Notes: a model not told the origin generated them from the sequence alone. DNA of 64,000 bases from Gaiellaceae bacterium (GCA_035650975.1 DASRGQ010000058.1:3019-67018); one strand, 5' to 3'. Counted from the first letter of the stretch, positions 46,833 through 59,687 are shown. Numbers and translations are program-made.

Positions 46833-48319
46833 TGCCGCAGCTCCCGCGCGCGGCGGAGCAACTCGCGGCGCGTGTTCAGCTCCGGCCGGTGGATCACGTC
46901 GTCGAGAAGGCGCGCGAGCACCTGGCCGACGACCGGCCCGGGCGTGTAGCCGGCCGCGAGCAGGTCGTCGCCGCCGATCGCGAGGTCGCGCAGCCTGTGC
47001 GGGCTGCGGCGCTCACGGCGCACGGCCGCGCGCAGCCGCTCCAGCTTGGCGAGATCCTCGCCGGACGGCGGCACGCCCTTCCCGTGCAGGTCGGCCTCCT
47101 TGTGGTCGAGCAGCTCGCCGAGCAAGCCGTCGCCGTAGCGCGCAAGCAGCTTTCGGGCGCGCAGCGGGTCGTCGCGGCTCGTGTCGATCATGTGCGCGCG
47201 GACGATGCGCAGCACGCGACGCCGCAGCTCGTTCGGATAGCGAAGACGCAGCATCGCGCGGTCAGCGAGCTCGGCGCTCACCTGCTCGTGGCTTCGCTTC
47301 GCGTAGCCCTGCTTCGCGTAGTAGTGCAGGCGCCCGTCGGTGCCACGCCACGCGACGTGCGGCTTCCCGAGATCGTGGAAGAGCGCTGCGAGCCGCACCG
47401 CGAGCGTCCTGCGCGCGTCCGCAGCCGCCTGCACGACCGCGAACGTGTGCTCGTCCACGGGGAGCGAGTGATAGCGGCTCTCCTGCTCGAATCCGATCGC
47501 CGCCGAGAACTCCGGCAGCACGTGCGCGAGGACTCCTGTGTCGCGCGCGATCCGCAGCGCTTTCGCGGGCTGCGCCCCGAGCAGCAGCTTCGAGAGCTCG
47601 CCCAGCCCGTCGGCCGTGATGCCGCCGCCGATCCGCTCGCCCGAGACGAGCTCGATGCCGGCGGCATCGTCGCGCATCTGCGCGAGCGTCGACTCGTCCG
47701 GTTCGAGCCCGAGCTGAGAGACGAAGCGAAGGCCGCGCACGAGCCGCAACGGGTCCTCGGCAAAGCTCGCGGGCGTCACCGTGCGCAGCACGCCCTGCGC
47801 GAGATCCGCCTCACCGCCGTACGGATCGACGAGCGTCCCGTCAGCGAGCCGGCGCGCCATTGCGTTGATCGTGAAGTCGCGGCGCGCGAGGTCTTCTTCG
47901 ACGGTCGCCGTCGGGTCGACGACGATCTGGAAGTCGTGCCTGCCCGGCCCGGTCGAAATTTCGCGGCGCGGCGGTGCGAGCTCGATCCCGGCCCGCGCGA
48001 GCCGCCGGATTGCCTGCTCGCGCGGAAAGAAGCGAACGCCGACGGTCCGGCCGGCGACGACGAGCTCCTCCGTGCGACCGTGCGCCTTAAGCGCGGCCAC
48101 GAGGCCGTCGATGTCGACGGCGGGCACGAGGAAGTCCGCATCCTTCGACTCGCGGCCGAGCAGCCCGTCGCGAACGGCACCGCCCACGACGTAGGCGTCG
48201 AATCCGAGCGACCGGATGTAGTCCTCGAGCTCAGGCGAGAGCGACCGCCTCGATCTCGACGAGCGCGCCGGACGGCAAGGCTCCGACCTCGACCGTCGAC
48301 CGGGCGGGCGGCGTGTCAC
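46829..48319 (-). CDS. CCA-adding enzyme / poly(A) polymerase-family nucleotidyltransferase with HD domain
   Basis: AYVVGGAVRDGLLGRESKDADF, RRDFTINAMA, and a C-terminal HD region (LFHDLGKP). The only canonical start (GTG 48319) overlaps ridA by 89 nt. Confidence 0.8.
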   Translation of the reverse strand: MTRRPPGRRSRSEPCRPARSSRSRRSLSPELEDYIRSLGFDAYVVGGAVRDGLLGRESKDADFLVPAVDIDGLVAALKAHGRTEELVVAGRTVGVRFFPREQAIRRLARAGIELAPPRREISTGPGRHDFQIVVDPTATVEEDLARRDFTINAMARRLADGTLVDPYGGEADLAQGVLRTVTPASFAEDPLRLVRGLRFVSQLGLEPDESTLAQMRDDAAGIELVSGERIGGGITADGLGELSKLLLGAQPAKALRIARDTGVLAHVLPEFSAAIGFEQESRYHSLPVDEHTFAVVQAAADARRTLAVRLAALFHDLGKPHVAWRGTDGRLHYYAKQGYAKRSHEQVSAELADRAMLRLRYPNELRRRVLRIVRAHMIDTSRDDPLRARKLLARYGDGLLGELLDHKEADLHGKGVPPSGEDLAKLERLRAAVRRERRSPHRLRDLAIGGDDLLAAGYTPGPVVGQVLARLLDDVIHRPELNTRRELLRRARELRQ

Positions 48320-48617
48320 CGACGTGGCGCGCGTACACCTCGTTCATGCCGGCGAAGTCCGAGAGGTTCTGCAGGAACACCGTCGTTTTCACGAGCTTGT
48401 CGAGCGACGAGCCCGCGGCCTCGAGAATGGCCCGCAGGTTCGCGATCACCTGCTCCGTCTGCGGCCCGATCTCACCCGAGGTGAGGTCCTTCTCTCCCGG
48501 CTTCAGCGAGAGCTGCCCCGAGACGAAGACGAGCCCGTTCGCTTTGATCGCCTGCGAGTACGGCGCCCCTTGAAAGGGCGCCGGCGCCGTCTCGGTGCGC
48601 ACGGCCTCTTTGTTCAC
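48231..48617 (-). CDS. ridA: RidA/YjgF-family enamine/imine deaminase
   Basis: GTG start after GGAGGAGG. APAPFQGAPYSQAIKANGLVFVSGQL...KTTVFL...PARSTVEVGALP. Confidence 0.85.
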   Translation of the reverse strand: MNKEAVRTETAPAPFQGAPYSQAIKANGLVFVSGQLSLKPGEKDLTSGEIGPQTEQVIANLRAILEAAGSSLDKLVKTTVFLQNLSDFAGMNEVYARHVGDTPPARSTVEVGALPSGALVEIEAVALA

Positions 48618-49144
48618 GAGTCCTCCTCCGTCGAGTGCTGAACCGGCCGGCACGCCTGTCCGAGGGCAGCGCCGACCGCCTTGAAGATCGAAGCGAGCAC
48701 GTGCTGCGGGTCGTCGCCCTCGAGCACGCGCACGTGCAGGTTCAGTCCTGCCGCCTGCGCGAGCTCGCCGAGAAAGCGCGCCGCGACGTCGTCCGACACG
48801 CCGCCCACGCGGATGTCGGAGAAGTCGACGTTCGTCACGAGGCGGGACTCGTCGGCGCGCTCGAGCGCAGCGGAGGCGAGAGCCTCGTCCGCCGGCGCGA
48901 GTGCCCAGCCCGTGCCCGCGGCGCCCGGCTTGTCGAGGCGTTCGCGCATGACCGCCCCGAGCGCCGTCCCGGCCGACGCCACCGCCTCGCCCGTGCTGTC
49001 GGGCGCAACCTCGAGCGCGAGCCGGAAGCGGCCCGCGCGTGCGAGCTCGCCGACAAGATGATCGAGGATCGGCAACCCGGTCTCGACGTTCGCGCTCCCC
49101 GACGCTGCAAGGGCGACCCGCGCGCCGCTCGAGATGCCCGACAT
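48614..49144 (-). CDS. imidazoleglycerol-phosphate dehydratase-like protein with degenerate metal sites
   Basis: VETGLPILDHLVGELARAG...LNLHVRVLEGDDPQHVLASIFKAVGAALGQA follows the IGPD fold pattern, but both DxHHxxE motifs are disrupted. Confidence 0.65.
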   Translation of the reverse strand: MSGISSGARVALAASGSANVETGLPILDHLVGELARAGRFRLALEVAPDSTGEAVASAGTALGAVMRERLDKPGAAGTGWALAPADEALASAALERADESRLVTNVDFSDIRVGGVSDDVAARFLGELAQAAGLNLHVRVLEGDDPQHVLASIFKAVGAALGQACRPVQHSTEEDS

Positions 49145-49163
49145 GCGCGTGAGGGTATCGGCG

Positions 49164-50465
49164 TCAGCTCTCGACGCGCTCGATCTGCGCGCCGAGCGCG
49201 CGCAGCCGTTCGTCGATGCGCTCGTAGCCCTTGTCGATCTGGTAGGCGTCGCCGATCGTCGAGCGTCCCTCGGCGCAGAGCGCAGCGATCACCATCGCCA
49301 TCCCGGCGCGGATGTCGGGACTCGACATGCGCTGGCCGTAGAGCTGCGCCGGGCCCGTGATCACGACACGATGCGGATCGCAGAGGATGATCCGCGCGCC
49401 CATCGAGACGAGCTTGTCCACGAAGAACAAACGGCTCTCGAACATCTTCTCGAACACGAGCACGGTGCCTTTCGCCTGCGTCGCGACGACAACGGCGATC
49501 GACGTCAGGTCGGCCGGGAACTGCGGCCACGGCCCGTCCTCCACTTTCGGGATCGCACCGCCCAGATCGTCGTGCACCTCGAGCCGCTGTCCGGGCGGCA
49601 CGCGCACCCAGTCGTCACCGAGCTCGACCTCGACGCCCAGCCGGTGGAACACGGGCAGCACCGGCCAGAGATCGTCGGGGGCGATGCCGTCGATCGTGAT
49701 GTCGCCACCCGTGACGGCGGCCATGCCGATGAAGCTCCCCACCTCGATGTGCTCGGGGGCGATCGTGTGCGTGGCGCCGCCGAGACGCTCGACGCCGTCG
49801 ATCAGCAACCTGTTCGAGCCGATGCCATCGATGCGCGCGCCCAGCGCGCAGAGGAAGCGGCACAGGTCCTGCACATGCGGCTCCGACGCCGCGTTCGAGA
49901 TCATGGTGCGGCCCTCGGTGAGCGATGCGGCCATCACCGCGTTTTCCGTGCCCATCACCGACGGCTCGTCGAGATGGATGTGCGCGCCTTCGAGGCGACC
50001 CGCCAGCTCGTACCGCTCGCCGATGTCGATCGTCGCGCCGAGCTCGGCGAACGCGTGGATGTGCGGATCGAGGCGTCGCCGGCCGATGATGTCGCCGCCC
50101 GGCGGTGGAACGCTCGCGCGTCCCGCGCGCGCGAGCAGCGGGCCCGCAAGCAGGAACGACGCGCGAATCCTGTCGGCGAACCGGGCGTCGACTTCGTGAC
50201 CAATCTCATGCGCATGCACGCGGACCGTGTTGTCACCGGTCCATTCGACGTCGGCTCCGAGCTGACGGAGGAGCTCGATCATCGTGTCGACGTCCCGGAT
50301 GCGCGGCAGGTTCGCGAGCTCGACCGGCTCGGCCGTCAGCAGGCACGCGGCGAGGATGGGAAGCGCACCGTTCTTGTTGCCGGCCGCTCGAACGCGGCCG
50401 TTCAAGGGGCGGCCTCCCTCGATCACGAACGATTCCGCCACCGGCCTGGCAAGTGTCGTCGACAC
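49164..50465 (-). CDS. murA: UDP-N-acetylglucosamine 1-carboxyvinyltransferase
   Basis: GNKNGALPILAA...PGGDIIGRRRLDPH...full-length MurA pattern. Confidence 0.95.
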   Translation of the reverse strand: MSTTLARPVAESFVIEGGRPLNGRVRAAGNKNGALPILAACLLTAEPVELANLPRIRDVDTMIELLRQLGADVEWTGDNTVRVHAHEIGHEVDARFADRIRASFLLAGPLLARAGRASVPPPGGDIIGRRRLDPHIHAFAELGATIDIGERYELAGRLEGAHIHLDEPSVMGTENAVMAASLTEGRTMISNAASEPHVQDLCRFLCALGARIDGIGSNRLLIDGVERLGGATHTIAPEHIEVGSFIGMAAVTGGDITIDGIAPDDLWPVLPVFHRLGVEVELGDDWVRVPPGQRLEVHDDLGGAIPKVEDGPWPQFPADLTSIAVVVATQAKGTVLVFEKMFESRLFFVDKLVSMGARIILCDPHRVVITGPAQLYGQRMSSPDIRAGMAMVIAALCAEGRSTIGDAYQIDKGYERIDERLRALGAQIERVES

Positions 50466-50488
50466 GGACGGCTCTATGCTAATCGGCG

Positions 50489-51052
50489 ATGCCGAAGACC
50501 CGGACGGATGCGTGGGAAACGCTCACGCGCTACACGAAGAGCGAGGCGCTCCTGCGCCACGCGCTCGCCGTCGAGGCGTCGACCGCCTGGTACGCGCGGG
50601 CCGGCGGCGAGGACGAGGAGCTGTGGCGGGTCGCGGCGCTGCTGCACGACTTCGACTACGAGATGCACCCCACGCTCGACAAGCACCCGCAGGACGGGGC
50701 GCCGATTCTGCGGGACGAGGGCTACTCCGAGGACGTCATCGAGACCGTGCTTTCGCATGCCAACCACCTCGGGCTGCCGCGCGACACTCCCCTGAAGCGC
50801 ACGCTCTTCGCGTGCGACGAGCTTTCCGGGTTCATCCACGCCTGCGGGCTCGTGCGCCCGACGGGGCTCGAGGGGCTCGAGCCGAGGTCGGTGCGCAAGA
50901 AGCTGAAGCAGCCCTCGTTCGCGTCGGGCGTCTCCCGTGACGATGTGACTGAAGGCGCGGAGCTCCTCGGGCTCGAGCTCGACCAGCACATCGCGAACGT
51001 CGTTGCGGCGCTGCAGCCGATCGCCGGCGAACTCGGGCTGCCTGTCAGCTGA
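50489..51052 (+). CDS. HD-domain phosphohydrolase
   Basis: RHALAVEA...ALLHDFDYE...DELSG pattern. Confidence 0.8.
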   Translation: MPKTRTDAWETLTRYTKSEALLRHALAVEASTAWYARAGGEDEELWRVAALLHDFDYEMHPTLDKHPQDGAPILRDEGYSEDVIETVLSHANHLGLPRDTPLKRTLFACDELSGFIHACGLVRPTGLEGLEPRSVRKKLKQPSFASGVSRDDVTEGAELLGLELDQHIANVVAALQPIAGELGLPVS

Positions 51053-52139
51053 TCGACGCGAGCGCCTCGACGAGCCGCTCGAGGTCGCTCCCGTCGTTCC
51101 ACCAGCCGACCGAGGCGCGCAGCAGGCCGGTGCCGGCCAACTCGCGCAGGATCACGCCGCGGCGGTGCAGTGCGGCGGCGGCCGCCGCGGTATCGCCGTC
51201 GAAGCGGAACGAGACGAGCGTCGCCTGGTCGGCCTCGGTGACGACCTCGTATCCCTGCGCGGCGAGCAGCGACCGGCAGCGCTCGGCCAGCTCGCGCGCG
51301 CGTGCGAACCGGCCGTCGGGCAAGTCGACGAGCGCCGCCTCGAGCCCTGCGAGCGACGCGACGGGTGTGAAGGCGGGATCGAACCGGCGCGCACCGTTCT
51401 TCGGCTCCCACGTGCCGGCCGCGATGTCGTAGCTCTCGGCACTGGGGTAGGCGACGAGTCGCGGCCTGAGCGAGTCGCTGTCGGCCACGTACAGCGCGCC
51501 GGTTGCATCGGGGCCGCACAGCCACTTCTGCGCGCTGACCGTGTAGAAGTCGGCGCCCGCCGCGTCGACGTCGATCGCACCGACGCTCTGCGCGCCGTCG
51601 ACGAGCACGGGGATCTGCGTCTCGTCGCGCAGCGCATGCCACGGGAAGCACTTGCCGTCGATCCAGGAGACGGCCGACAGCGCGAGGAGCTTCGTCCGCG
51701 GCGTCACCTGCTCGAGCAGCAGGCCGAGCACGTCGTCCGCAGGTGCGTCGCGAACCTTCGCGATGCGCAGCATGGCGCCGCTCGCCGCAAGCGGGCCGGT
51801 CAGGCCGAAATGCTCGGCGTCGGTCGTCAGCACCTCGTCGCCGGGACCGAGGTCGAGGCCGGTGACGACGATGTGCACCCCTTGCGTCGTGGATGCCGTC
51901 AGCGCGACGGTGTCGACGGGCACGAGGATCTGCTCGGCGACGAGAACGCGCACGCGCTCTCGGCGTTCGAGCATGTCCTCGTGGTAGGCGCGCCCCGCTC
52001 TGCCGTGCGCGCCTTCCCACGTGCGGACCTCGTCCATCGCTTCGAGCGTCGCGCGGGAGAGCGGGCCGAACGTTCCCGCGTTCAGGTACGCGGCCCGCTC
52101 GAGCACCGGGAAGCGCGCGCGAAGCTCAGGCCACGTCAT
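51045..52139 (-). CDS. class V aminotransferase / cysteine desulfurase-like PLP enzyme
   Basis: YLNAGTFGP...VDGAQSVGAIDVD...FYTVSAQKWLCGP (PLP lysine motif). The ATG overlaps the upstream stop (ATGA). Confidence 0.8.
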   Translation of the reverse strand: MTWPELRARFPVLERAAYLNAGTFGPLSRATLEAMDEVRTWEGAHGRAGRAYHEDMLERRERVRVLVAEQILVPVDTVALTASTTQGVHIVVTGLDLGPGDEVLTTDAEHFGLTGPLAASGAMLRIAKVRDAPADDVLGLLLEQVTPRTKLLALSAVSWIDGKCFPWHALRDETQIPVLVDGAQSVGAIDVDAAGADFYTVSAQKWLCGPDATGALYVADSDSLRPRLVAYPSAESYDIAAGTWEPKNGARRFDPAFTPVASLAGLEAALVDLPDGRFARARELAERCRSLLAAQGYEVVTEADQATLVSFRFDGDTAAAAAALHRRGVILRELAGTGLLRASVGWWNDGSDLERLVEALASIS

Positions 52140-52918
52140 TCGACGGCCACCTCGACCGGAGCGTGGTCCGAGAGCACGACACCGTCGATCGTCCGCCGGG
52201 CCTCGGGCCACACTTCGACGGGCGTCGCCGATGCGCCTCGCACGAGCACGTGGTCGATGCCGGGTCCGGGCGCCGAGAAGCCCCACTTGCCGCTCGCGAG
52301 CGTCACGAGAGCCGGCGCGGCCGCGGTCAGGTTGAAGTCGCCTGCCAGCACGACCACGTCCTCCGGCTTCGCCTGCGTCGTCGCGAATCGAGCCGCGCGC
52401 AGGAGCTCGGCGTCGGGCAGACGCTTGTCGTCATTGCTCGTGCAGTGCATGTTGGCGACGAGAAAGGTACGTCCCTCGCCGTTTGCCACACGCAGAGCCT
52501 GCACGACGCGCCGCTCCTTGGCCCAGGCGAGCCGCGTGCGAAAGGAGATGCCGAGCTCCGTCGCGCAGTGGCCGCGAAAGCTCCGCGGGTTGAGCGTGAG
52601 CGTGGAGTGGCCGAGGATGCGCAGGCGCGCCGCGAGCAGGATGCCGTTCCCTTGGCCCGAGAACGCCGACCGGAGAAGGCCGTGGTTGAGCGCCGTCAGG
52701 CGGCCGCCGATCTCCGCCGTGATGGGCAGCGGGCCGATCCGCGGACGCGCCGCGACATCGCCGGCGCTGAACCGGCCGAGCGCCCAGGCAGGCACCTCCT
52801 GCACGCACAGGACGTCGGGATCGTCTGCGGTCGCGATCCGGAGCATCTCGTCCAGGAACCCGCGCCGCTGCGGCGGGTCGCTGTTGCCGTGGAAGAGGTT
52901 CCAGCTCCGGATGAGCAC
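52136..52918 (-). CDS. endonuclease/exonuclease/phosphatase (EEP)-family protein
   Basis: IRSWNLFHGN...VLCVQEV...VANMH...AGDFN...SDHAPV motifs. Confidence 0.8.
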   Translation of the reverse strand: MLIRSWNLFHGNSDPPQRRGFLDEMLRIATADDPDVLCVQEVPAWALGRFSAGDVAARPRIGPLPITAEIGGRLTALNHGLLRSAFSGQGNGILLAARLRILGHSTLTLNPRSFRGHCATELGISFRTRLAWAKERRVVQALRVANGEGRTFLVANMHCTSNDDKRLPDAELLRAARFATTQAKPEDVVVLAGDFNLTAAAPALVTLASGKWGFSAPGPGIDHVLVRGASATPVEVWPEARRTIDGVVLSDHAPVEVAVE

Positions 52919-52936
52919 GCGTCTACGCTATTTGAC

Positions 52937-53974
52937 TTGCACGTGTTGCTCGCCGACCCGCCTGCGTTCACGCCGTGGTACGACCACGAGCTCGCGGCCG
53001 CGCTCGCCCGGGCCGGCGCCGGCGTGGAGCTCGCGACGTCGCGGTTTCGCTTCGGCGACACGCCCGAGCCCGACGGCTACCGGCGGACCGAGCGGTTCTA
53101 TCCGATCTCGTCGCGGCTCTTCGCACGGTCGCGGCTCCGTTTGCCGTTGAAGGCGGTCGAGCATCTCGAGGTCATGCGGTCGCTGTCGCGTGCGCGCGCC
53201 GACGTGCTGCACCTTCAGTGGCTCGCGCTCCCCCAGGCGGACGTGCGGCTTCGTCTTCGCAGCCCATCGGTATTCACGGCGCACGATCTGCTGCCACGGC
53301 GCACGGCGGGCCGGCGTGATCTTTGGCGGCAGCTCTTGCGCAAGTTCGACCGTGTCGTCGTGCACAGCGCGAGCGGGCGCGACACGCTCGCCGAGCTCGG
53401 GATCGACGCCCGGGTGATTCCGCATCCGGTCTACCCGAGCCAGGCAACGCGGCGCGACGACGGGTCGACGATCCTGGCGCTCGGCGTGATCCGACCGTAC
53501 AAGGGCCTCCCCGACGCGATCGAAGCGACGAAACGACTACCGGAGGCACGGCTGCTCGTCGCCGGCGACCCGGCGATGCCGTTGAACGGGCTGCGTGCGG
53601 CCGAGCGCGTCGAGTGGCGGCTCGGCTACCTCACGCCGGGTGAGCTCGACGACGCACTGTCGGAGGCGACGGTGGCCGTGTTCCCGTACCGCGCGGAGCT
53701 CGACCAGTCGGGCGCTCTCCTGCAGGCGCTCGGCGCGGGCGTGCCGGCCGTGGTCTACGACGTCGCGGGGCTCGCCGAGCCGGTTCGCGCCTACGGCGCG
53801 GGCCGCGTCGTCGATGCGGAAGACGTCGACGGGCTGACCGCGGCGCTCGGCGAGCTGCTCGGCGACCGCGAAGCGCTCGCCGACGCGCGGCGCGGAGCGG
53901 AACGCGCGCGCGGCGAGCTCACGTGGGATGCAGCGGCGGTGCAGCACCTCGAGCTCTACGGGGAGCTGCAATGA
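52937..53974 (+). CDS. GT4-family glycosyltransferase
   Basis: TTG (52937) or GTG (52943) start. C-terminal GT-B pattern (ATVAVFPYRAELDQSGALLQALGAGVPAVV). Confidence 0.8.
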   Translation: MHVLLADPPAFTPWYDHELAAALARAGAGVELATSRFRFGDTPEPDGYRRTERFYPISSRLFARSRLRLPLKAVEHLEVMRSLSRARADVLHLQWLALPQADVRLRLRSPSVFTAHDLLPRRTAGRRDLWRQLLRKFDRVVVHSASGRDTLAELGIDARVIPHPVYPSQATRRDDGSTILALGVIRPYKGLPDAIEATKRLPEARLLVAGDPAMPLNGLRAAERVEWRLGYLTPGELDDALSEATVAVFPYRAELDQSGALLQALGAGVPAVVYDVAGLAEPVRAYGAGRVVDAEDVDGLTAALGELLGDREALADARRGAERARGELTWDAAAVQHLELYGELQ

Positions 53975-54285
53975 GGTTGCGGCGCTCGCCGTACGCAAAG
54001 GTGATCGACGCGCAGCTCGAGCTGTTCCTGCGCGACGACCGCGAGTTGCTGGCCGAGGTCGCCGAGCGGCACGACGCGTACACGCGCGCCGGCCGCACGG
54101 ACGCCGAGGAGCTCTACGGCGACTACGTCGACGCGGTCGAGACGGGAACGGAGGTCCTCGCCGACATGCGCGACCACTACGCGAGCACGCTCGACGATGC
54201 CGCGGCCGAGGCGTACATCGCGGATTTCAATCGCGCGGTGGCGCGGAAGCTGCCCGAGTTCGCGCTCGAGCTGGAGAACAGATAG
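53971..54285 (+). CDS. hypothetical protein (104 aa)
   Basis: The ATG overlaps the GT4 stop (ATGA) and the stop abuts the GH15 GTG. Helical, acidic, no family recognised. Confidence 0.5.
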   Translation: MRLRRSPYAKVIDAQLELFLRDDRELLAEVAERHDAYTRAGRTDAEELYGDYVDAVETGTEVLADMRDHYASTLDDAAAEAYIADFNRAVARKLPEFALELENR

Positions 54286-56097
54286 GTGCCTGAACGGATC
54301 GAGGACTACGCACTGCTCGGCGACCTGCAGACCGCGGCGCTCGTCGGACGCAGCGGCTCGGTCGACTGGCTGCCGTTCCCGCGCTTCGACTCGAGCTCGT
54401 GTTTCGCCGCGCTCCTCGGCGGGCGCGAGCACGGACGCTGGCTGCTCGCGCCGGTCGGCGCCGGCCCCGCCGACGAACGCCGCTACCGCGACGACACGCT
54501 CGTTCTCGAGTCCGAGTGGCAGACGGCGACCGGCCGCGTGCGCGTGATCGACTTCATGCCTCCGCGCGAGACGAAGCCCGACATCGTGCGCATCGTGGAA
54601 GGGCTCGAGGGCACGGTCGCGATGCGGACCGAGCTGGTGATCCGCCTCGACTACGGCTCGGCGGTCCCGTGGATGCGCCGGCTCGACAACGAGTCCCTGC
54701 TCGCACTCGGCGGCCCGGACGGGCTGATGTTGCGCACGCCGATCGACCTCGAGCCCGACGGTCACACGCACGTCGCCCAGTTCAGCGTGCGCGCCGGCGA
54801 GCGCGTCCCGTTCGTGCTCACGTGGTTTCCGTCGCAGGAAGACCCGCCGCACCCGGTCGACGCCGAGCAGGCGCTCGACGACACCGAGACGTTCTGGCGC
54901 GACTGGATCTCGGGGTGCGGCTACGAGGGCGAATGGCCTGACGCCGTGCGCCGCTCGCTGATCGTCCTCAAGGCGCTGACCTATGCGCCGACGGGCGGGA
55001 TAGTCGCCGCCCCGACGACGTCGCTGCCCGAGCGCATCGGCGGCGCGCGCAACTGGGACTACCGGTACTGCTGGCTGCGCGACGCGACGTTCACGCTGTA
55101 CGCGATGATGAACGCCGGTTTCCTCGAGGAAGCGGCGGCCTGGCGCGACTGGCTTCTGCGCGCGATGGGCGGCGACCCCGAGAAGGCGCAGATCCTGTAC
55201 GGCATCGGAGGGCAGCGCCGCATCGCCGAGTACGAGCTCGGCTGGCTGCCCGGGTATGCCGGCTCGCAGCCCGTGCGCGTCGGGAACGCGGCCTCCGAGC
55301 AGTTTCAGCTCGATGTGTACGGCGAGGTGATGGACGTCCTGCACCAGGCGCGTGTGCACGACCTCGATCCCGACGGGCACGCGTGGTCGCTGCAGCAGAT
55401 GCTGCTCGAGTTTCTCGAAAGCGCGTGGGAGCGGCCCGACGAGGGGATCTGGGAGGTGCGCGGCGGGCGGCGCCATTTCACGCATTCGAAGGTCCTTGCG
55501 TGGGTCGCGTTCGACCGTGCCGTCCAGGGCGTCGAGCGACTGGGTCTGCCGGGCCCGGTCGACCGCTGGCGGAGGGTGCGAGACGAGGTGCACGAAGAGG
55601 TGTGCCGCGAGGGGTTCAACGTCGAGCTGAACGCGTTCACGCAGTCGTACGGCTCGGACGACCTCGATGCGTCGACGCTCCTCATCCCGATTCTCGGCTT
55701 CCTGCCGCCGAGCGACCCGCGTGTCGTCGGGACGATCGAGGCGGTCGAGAAGCACCTGACCCGTGACGGCTTCGTCGAGCGATACAAGACGCACGACCGC
55801 AACGCCGTCGACGGGCTCGAGGGCAGCGAGGGCGTCTTCCTTCCGTGCTCGTTCTGGCTCGTGGACGCGCTACTGCAGCTCGAGCGCGACGACGATGCGC
55901 GCGCATTGTTCGAGAAGCTGCTCGGCGTGTCGAACGATCTGGGCCTGCTCGCCGAGGAGTACGACCCGGCGGCCAAGCGTCTGCTCGGAAACTTCCCGCA
56001 GGCGTTCACCCACGTCGGTCTCGTCAACTCGGCGTACAACCTCTCGCACCACGTGGGCCCGATCCACCAGCGCCCGCGCCGGAACGGAAAGCGGTAG
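54286..56097 (+). CDS. glycoside hydrolase family 15 (glucoamylase/trehalase-like)
   Basis: IEDYALLGDLQTAALVGRSGSVDWLPFPRFDS...NWDYRYCWLRDA...EEYDP pattern. Confidence 0.85.
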   Translation: MPERIEDYALLGDLQTAALVGRSGSVDWLPFPRFDSSSCFAALLGGREHGRWLLAPVGAGPADERRYRDDTLVLESEWQTATGRVRVIDFMPPRETKPDIVRIVEGLEGTVAMRTELVIRLDYGSAVPWMRRLDNESLLALGGPDGLMLRTPIDLEPDGHTHVAQFSVRAGERVPFVLTWFPSQEDPPHPVDAEQALDDTETFWRDWISGCGYEGEWPDAVRRSLIVLKALTYAPTGGIVAAPTTSLPERIGGARNWDYRYCWLRDATFTLYAMMNAGFLEEAAAWRDWLLRAMGGDPEKAQILYGIGGQRRIAEYELGWLPGYAGSQPVRVGNAASEQFQLDVYGEVMDVLHQARVHDLDPDGHAWSLQQMLLEFLESAWERPDEGIWEVRGGRRHFTHSKVLAWVAFDRAVQGVERLGLPGPVDRWRRVRDEVHEEVCREGFNVELNAFTQSYGSDDLDASTLLIPILGFLPPSDPRVVGTIEAVEKHLTRDGFVERYKTHDRNAVDGLEGSEGVFLPCSFWLVDALLQLERDDDARALFEKLLGVSNDLGLLAEEYDPAAKRLLGNFPQAFTHVGLVNSAYNLSHHVGPIHQRPRRNGKR

Positions 56098-56103
56098 CGC
56101 ACC

Positions 56104-59292
<3,189 letters not shown>

Positions 59293-59321
59293 TCCATGAG
59301 CTGCGTTTGTACGATCCGGTC

Positions 59322-59687
59322 ATGCCGGATCCGATCGTCAGCCGTCCGGGAGAAGGCGAGCTGCACGAGCGGGACGACGGGTACCGCTTGATCCGCGTCG
59401 ACCTCGAGCAGCTCGGCGTGATCGAGATCGACTTCGACGAGTCGCTCGTCGTTGACCCCCATAAGCATGGAGACCACGCCGACTCGTTCCTCGTGCTCGA
59501 GGGCGAGGTCGAGTTCACGGCCGGCGACGAGACCGTCGTGCTCGGTCCCGGTTCGTTCATCACCGCTCCGCCGGGCGCGCGGCATGGGTTCCGGAGCGCG
59601 GGCGGCCGCGCGCGCGTGCTGAACCTGCACACGCCGGGCGGCGGGTTCGTGGAAAGCATCCGCGAGACCACACGCCGAAGCGCCTGA
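59322..59687 (+). CDS. cupin-domain protein
   Basis: HKHGDHADSFLVLEGEVEF...PPGARHGF (cupin motifs 1 and 2). Opposite strand, between the imuB-linked small ORF and dnaE2. Confidence 0.75.
   Translation: MPDPIVSRPGEGELHERDDGYRLIRVDLEQLGVIEIDFDESLVVDPHKHGDHADSFLVLEGEVEFTAGDETVVLGPGSFITAPPGARHGFRSAGGRARVLNLHTPGGGFVESIRETTRRSA

Noticed and set aside
53956-55794. 612-aa minus-strand ORF antisense to the GH15 gene
   Set aside because: The plus-strand frame has clear GH15 motifs. The antisense translation is low-complexity R/A/E/V.
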